Below, piece after piece: positions 59,665 to 64,000 of a DNA stretch of 64,000 nucleotides. A program made the translations under genes and the position numbers. Under the pieces are notes generated by a model that was given only the letters and a program-made list of their open reading frames with translations, did no database searches and was not told where the DNA came from. How positions within the stretch are numbered: position 1 is the first letter of the stretch; each line of letters starts with the position of its first letter. The stretch is taken from positions 62,001 to 126,000 of IMG/VR virus record IMGVR_UViG_3300042891_000711; one strand, given 5' to 3'.

Positions 59665-60548
59665 AAAGTTTAATCGTAGGTATGGGTATTGGTAACTTGT
59701 ATAATGAAGTATTGACTAACTTAGGTCATGAGATTGTAACAGTTGACTTAGACCCAAGTAAAGCAATGTACACAAATGTGGAAGATGCTATTGCGGCACA
59801 TGAATATTTTGATACTGTACATATTTGTACCCCAAATTTTACACATGAACCTATTGCTAGAGCTGTCGCGCCATATGCCAAGATTGTGTTTGTAGAAAAA
59901 CCAGGATTTAAAACTTGGTTAGAATGGAAGTCTACTTGCGAAGCATTTCCACACACACGCTTTATGATGGTTAAGAATAATCAATGGCGTGACAACATTA
60001 AAGAGTTACGCAGACTTGCTAGTAATTCCGTTACTATTAACTTATGTTGGATTAACAAGAATCGCGTACCTAGTCCTGGTACATGGTTTACCACTAAAGA
60101 ACTAGCCTACGGTGGAGTTAGTCGTGATTTAATGACACACTTACTAAGTTTATTCCAAGCACTTAACTATTCATACAAGTCCACACCACTTATCAGCGCC
60201 AGTGCAGAACAACGTTATAGCTTAGAAGATGTTAGCGATACAGAATACGGCGCAGTTAAAGCAGATGGCATCTACGACGTAGACGATGTATGTAAGTTCA
60301 TATTCCAAGGTCCGCAACGTACATGGAATTTAATTGCTGACTGGCGCAGTACTAGTATTGAAGAACGTGCTATTACTTTTAAAATGGTAGATGGTACAAC
60401 TGAACGATTTGAGCTAGGTCTGTGCCCAGCAGAAGCATATCAGGCAATGATTGCGGATGCAGTAGCAAACGTAGACAACGATACGTTTTGGGCAAACCAA
60501 CTTGAATTAGATGTATGGATTCATGACATGGTTGAAGTGCAACTTTGA
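59661..60548 (+). CDS. Gfo/Idh/MocA family oxidoreductase
   Basis: IVGMGIG, ICTPNFTH, VFVEKP, GGVSRDLMTH. Confidence 0.88.
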   Translation: MKSLIVGMGIGNLYNEVLTNLGHEIVTVDLDPSKAMYTNVEDAIAAHEYFDTVHICTPNFTHEPIARAVAPYAKIVFVEKPGFKTWLEWKSTCEAFPHTRFMMVKNNQWRDNIKELRRLASNSVTINLCWINKNRVPSPGTWFTTKELAYGGVSRDLMTHLLSLFQALNYSYKSTPLISASAEQRYSLEDVSDTEYGAVKADGIYDVDDVCKFIFQGPQRTWNLIADWRSTSIEERAITFKMVDGTTERFELGLCPAEAYQAMIADAVANVDNDTFWANQLELDVWIHDMVEVQL

Positions 60549-61726
60549 GTTTGACAAGAAATGTTATAATTAGAAATACCCTAGCAGGAGTCACTACAAG
60601 TTTGGCTATGGTGCCAGAAGTAGTGGCTTTTGCTTTATTAGCACATGTTAATCCTCTAGTAGGGTTGTATGCCGCATTTATACTAGGCTTAGTAGCTGCC
60701 GTGTTTGGCGGCAGGCCAGGTTTAATTAGCGGCGGCGCAGGTAGTCTTGCAGTAGTCAGCGTAGCACTTGTGGTAACACACGGTGTTGAATACCTATTTG
60801 CCTGTATAGTACTCATGGGTATACTGCAACTGGCATTTGGTTATTTTAGATTGGGTAAGTTGATTAAATTAGTCAGTCCTACTGTAATGACTGGCTTTGT
60901 TAATGGACTTGCGTTGGTTATTTTTCTTGCGCAGTTTCATCAGCTTAAAACGAATGGAATGTGGCTACAAGGACTGCAATTATATACTACTGTAGGATTA
61001 GTAGCATTAACAGTATTGGCAGTATTGTTAGCTACAAAACTTATTAAACGTATTCCGGCAAGTTTAGTCGGTATTGTTGTTGCCACTACAGCGGCATTAA
61101 CATTTAATCTAGACACACATTATGTCAAGGATATTGCAACTATATCTGGTGCATTTCCTAGTTTTCATATACCTAATGTGCCATTTACATGGCAAACCTT
61201 AGCTATCATTGCTCCATACTCGTTTATACTTGCATCCATTGGTTTAATAGAAACATTACTAACTGCACAATTAGTAGATGATTATGTGCATCAGCATAAA
61301 CCCATTGGTAAAACGCACCCAAACAAAGAAAGTATGGCACAAGGCGCAGGCAACTTACTTACTGGATTATTTGGCGGCATGGGCGGCTGTGCTATGATTG
61401 GGCAAACTGTAATTAACTTGGAAGCTGGCGGCTTCGATAGATTAGCTGGCATAGTGCAATCGCTGTGTATACTTGCTTATATTCTATTTGCTAGTTTTAT
61501 AATTGAAAATATACCAATAGCGGCATTAGTCGGTGTAATGTTTGTTGTTTGCTATCATACGTTTGACTGGAAAAGTCTAACTCTTAATCAACCTAAAGAA
61601 AATATCTTATTGATATTGACAGTGACCACGCTAACTGTTATACTTAATTTAGCTTATGCAGTTTTAATAGGTATCGCATTAACTAGTTTAATACATTATT
61701 GGCAACATGTTAACACAAAGGAATAG
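60545..61726 (+). CDS. SulP/SLC26 anion transporter lacking STAS domain
   Basis: LAGVTTSLAMVPEVVAFA, GGRPGLISG, NKESMAQGAGN, GGCAMIGQT. Confidence 0.9.
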   Translation: MSLTRNVIIRNTLAGVTTSLAMVPEVVAFALLAHVNPLVGLYAAFILGLVAAVFGGRPGLISGGAGSLAVVSVALVVTHGVEYLFACIVLMGILQLAFGYFRLGKLIKLVSPTVMTGFVNGLALVIFLAQFHQLKTNGMWLQGLQLYTTVGLVALTVLAVLLATKLIKRIPASLVGIVVATTAALTFNLDTHYVKDIATISGAFPSFHIPNVPFTWQTLAIIAPYSFILASIGLIETLLTAQLVDDYVHQHKPIGKTHPNKESMAQGAGNLLTGLFGGMGGCAMIGQTVINLEAGGFDRLAGIVQSLCILAYILFASFIIENIPIAALVGVMFVVCYHTFDWKSLTLNQPKENILLILTVTTLTVILNLAYAVLIGIALTSLIHYWQHVNTKE

Positions 61727-61728
61727 CA

Positions 61729-62625
61729 GTGAACGTAAAACTATTATCTACAGATGGTAAAGGTACATTCCAAGAAATGGATTGGGATAAACCAGCAATT
61801 ACCGACGACGAAATTGAAGTGCGGGCAGTATTAACAGGTGTATGCCGCAGTGACATTGATATGATGCAGGGTGAGTTTGGTCCATTACCTATTAGTATGC
61901 ACGGACACGAAGGACTTGGACAAGTTACTAACGTTGGCGCCAATATTAAAGATGTCAGCATTGGTGATTACGTAGCCACCCGCGGTGAGCCTGCTTATGC
62001 AGATATGTACAATGTTAGGGCACGAGAATATGTCAGTGTGCCCACAGCAGAACCTAAATACATATTAGAACCTGTTGCTTGTGGTATTAATGTAGTCTAT
62101 CAAAACTTGCGCGAAGTTGCCGAACGTTCTGGTGAAGGTCGTCGCTTGTTAATATTGGGCAGTGGCTTCCTTGCATGGGTAGCGTATAACACCTTGTTAA
62201 TTAATCATTTAGAGTTTGATATCACAGTAATTGGTCGCAGTAATCAAGACTTGTGGCAGGGTAAATTATCTCAAGAAATTACTGGTGTTTATGATGTTAT
62301 TATTGATTTAACTGAACGCACTGATTATCTACAAGGCGACTGTGTTGCAAATAATGGTTTAATCATTATTGGTACTGACAAACATATTAATCAAACATTT
62401 GGACAATTGATTTGGAAAGCCGTTACTATTAGTTTCCCAAGCCCACGAACACCACGCTTTTATGAAGCAATGGTGTTAGCACGTGATTGGGTTGCTTCTG
62501 GTCAATTAACCGTTGACAAGTTCTGGACAAAGTCGTATAATAGAAAGATAGAGTGGCAATCTGCATTTGCAGATGGCGTTAATAGACCAGCAGGCTACAG
62601 TAGAGGATACATTAAGTGGGATTAA
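61729..62625 (+). CDS. zinc-dependent MDR alcohol/sugar dehydrogenase
   Basis: GVCRSD, GHEGLG, LEPVAC, ILGSG. Confidence 0.88.
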   Translation: MNVKLLSTDGKGTFQEMDWDKPAITDDEIEVRAVLTGVCRSDIDMMQGEFGPLPISMHGHEGLGQVTNVGANIKDVSIGDYVATRGEPAYADMYNVRAREYVSVPTAEPKYILEPVACGINVVYQNLREVAERSGEGRRLLILGSGFLAWVAYNTLLINHLEFDITVIGRSNQDLWQGKLSQEITGVYDVIIDLTERTDYLQGDCVANNGLIIIGTDKHINQTFGQLIWKAVTISFPSPRTPRFYEAMVLARDWVASGQLTVDKFWTKSYNRKIEWQSAFADGVNRPAGYSRGYIKWD

Positions 62626-63134
62626 ACACAGAAGAACGTCAGGAAGTAGTATATTTTACAGGATATGAAGTAGAGCATACAATATGTTATGGTATGAAAA
62701 CATTGTTTGTAGTGGGCACTCCACCTGTAGAAGAAATATTTGAAAAAGCTCGGGCAAATGAATGTAGTCACATTTACTTTGGTACTAGTCAAAGTTTTAA
62801 TCCGCAAGCAATGACCTATGAAGAATACAAGCCCTGGGATGATGTTATTCTTGAATGTTTAAAGAATGACTACTGGGTCAGCTTAGACTTTGGTGTAGAA
62901 CACATCGAAGGTGTTATTGAAAGCGGGTATTCTGAATACGCTAGATTTGTTCCTATGATCAGTGTTAAATTACCCTACATTAATCAACTTAACTACAATG
63001 CTACACTTAAACTTGATGACATTACGTGGGGTAAAACTAATCCTGGCGTGTGGACACATCATTTACAAACGCTAATGGGTAAAGATAAATTTACCTATTG
63101 GGATCAATATACTCAAGATACAGAGATCAAATAA
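62616..63134 (+). CDS. hypothetical protein
   Basis: YFTGYEVEHT...TLFVVG...HIYFG; GAGGA RBS. Confidence 0.7.
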   Translation: MGLNTEERQEVVYFTGYEVEHTICYGMKTLFVVGTPPVEEIFEKARANECSHIYFGTSQSFNPQAMTYEEYKPWDDVILECLKNDYWVSLDFGVEHIEGVIESGYSEYARFVPMISVKLPYINQLNYNATLKLDDITWGKTNPGVWTHHLQTLMGKDKFTYWDQYTQDTEIK

Positions 63135-63154
63135 TCAAATACAGAAAGGTTGAT

Positions 63155-63643
63155 ATGAACTTACAATTAGTTACAGAAATCTTAAAAAGCAAACATAATA
63201 ATTTAATGAAATTAGTACCAACATCTGCTAAACTTACTAGTCGAGATTATAATGAAGTTTTTGAAACTAACTATCCATGGTATCAAGTAGTCATCGGACT
63301 AAGCGGAAAATGCACTGACAGTAAAAAAAGAGCAGCCAAAATGGGATTTGACTATAATTTAGATTTAAGATATATGACAGATCTATGGATTAAACAAAAA
63401 GGACGATGTCAATTAACTGGTCAAATTATGAGTTTTCAACCAGGAAACCAATGGAATAAAAACCCGCTATCGTGTTCAATTGACCGAATTGATAACAGCC
63501 AAGGGTATATCAAAGGTAATGTTAGATTACTCACTCACTGGGCTAACAATGCTAAAAGCACATGGGATTTTAATGTCTTTGAGAGTATGATTAAAAGTTC
63601 TTCAATAAATTTGGGATTAATAAATGATACAAGCAGAACGTGA
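63155..63643 (+). CDS. HNH-like (homing-type) endonuclease
   Basis: KQKGRCQLTG...SIDRIDNSQGYIKGNVRL...AN.AK; start reassigned to 63155. Confidence 0.75.
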   Translation: MNLQLVTEILKSKHNNLMKLVPTSAKLTSRDYNEVFETNYPWYQVVIGLSGKCTDSKKRAAKMGFDYNLDLRYMTDLWIKQKGRCQLTGQIMSFQPGNQWNKNPLSCSIDRIDNSQGYIKGNVRLLTHWANNAKSTWDFNVFESMIKSSSINLGLINDTSRT

Positions 63644-64000
63644 ACAACTAGAACGTATTAAGTCCAATGGAATACGTACAACTTATATTAAAGTTAGAAC
63701 TGAATTTGAAGGGTTTCATTACTACCCTAACGCAGGTACTATTGATTCGCGTATCAAATTTCTTGAGAATGAACATCGACATATATTCAAAGTTGAGGTG
63801 AAAATATCAGTTACGCACCTCGACCGTGAATTAGAATTTTTCTTAGTTAAATGGGCTTTACAAGAATTTATTAAAGCAGGTAATCAAAATCACAAATCGT
63901 GTGAAATGATTGCTGTTAACATTTTAGAAAATCATTTAATACCATTGTATGGTAATAGATCTTATACTGTAGTAGTATCCGAGGATGGGGAATCAGATGG
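63624..64000 (+). CDS. QueD/PTPS-like protein, 3' truncated (not in ORF track)
   Basis: MIQAERE...FEGFHYYP...EHRHIFKVEV...SCEMIA...VSEDGE. Confidence 0.65.
   Translation, partial: MIQAEREQLERIKSNGIRTTYIKVRTEFEGFHYYPNAGTIDSRIKFLENEHRHIFKVEVKISVTHLDRELEFFLVKWALQEFIKAGNQNHKSCEMIAVNILENHLIPLYGNRSYTVVVSEDGESD

Noticed and set aside
60551-60570. TTGACA...TATAAT promoter at the start of the SulP gene
   Set aside because: Spacer is only 8 bp.
1-64000. Alternative genetic code (stop codon reassignment)
   Set aside because: Genes are full length in the standard code; TAA, TGA and TAG all serve as stops at sensible boundaries.
1-64000. CRISPR array, tRNA, rRNA, IS element or diversity-generating retroelement
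   Set aside because: No repeat-spacer array, cloverleaf, transposase or reverse transcriptase recognised by eye; a tRNA or Rfam scan could still find something.

Overview
AT-rich, gene-dense fragment of a large (jumbo, T4-superfamily-like) dsDNA tailed phage, standard genetic code, mostly + strand. The host is probably Gram-negative (spanins, ErpA, ClpA, AGGAG-type RBS). Left to right: host-like genes (IF-1, ErpA/IscA); three tail/baseplate proteins; MazG, a truncated DnaE fragment, GroES, clamp loader, HAD nucleotidase, PhoH; a small enzyme cluster (methyltransferase, three P-loop sulfotransferase-like proteins, ferritin-like diiron protein, glutamine amidotransferase); a lysis cassette; DnaJ, ClpA, glycosyltransferase; a long 27-51 kb region of proteins sharing a T4-like N-terminal leader (M-R/K-x-x-E/D-F-x-x-E) and internal (I/L/V)-x-E sites, interrupted by a Hint-domain tail fibre and desaturase genes; then family B DNA polymerase, sliding clamp and a TGT/DpdA-like plus QueD-like locus. 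Best leads: (1) a capsid-targeted enzyme-cargo system (four nucleotidyltransferases, amidoligase, ParB-like, PcfJ-like, zincin, polyproteins); (2) a GGGAAAG -1 frameshift extending the holin by 77 aa; (3) structured non-coding elements at 46317-46395, 52801-52862 and 8844-8891; (4) five phage desaturase paralogs; (5) a Hint domain on a repeat stalk. All calls come from motif reading by eye; no database searches were run.
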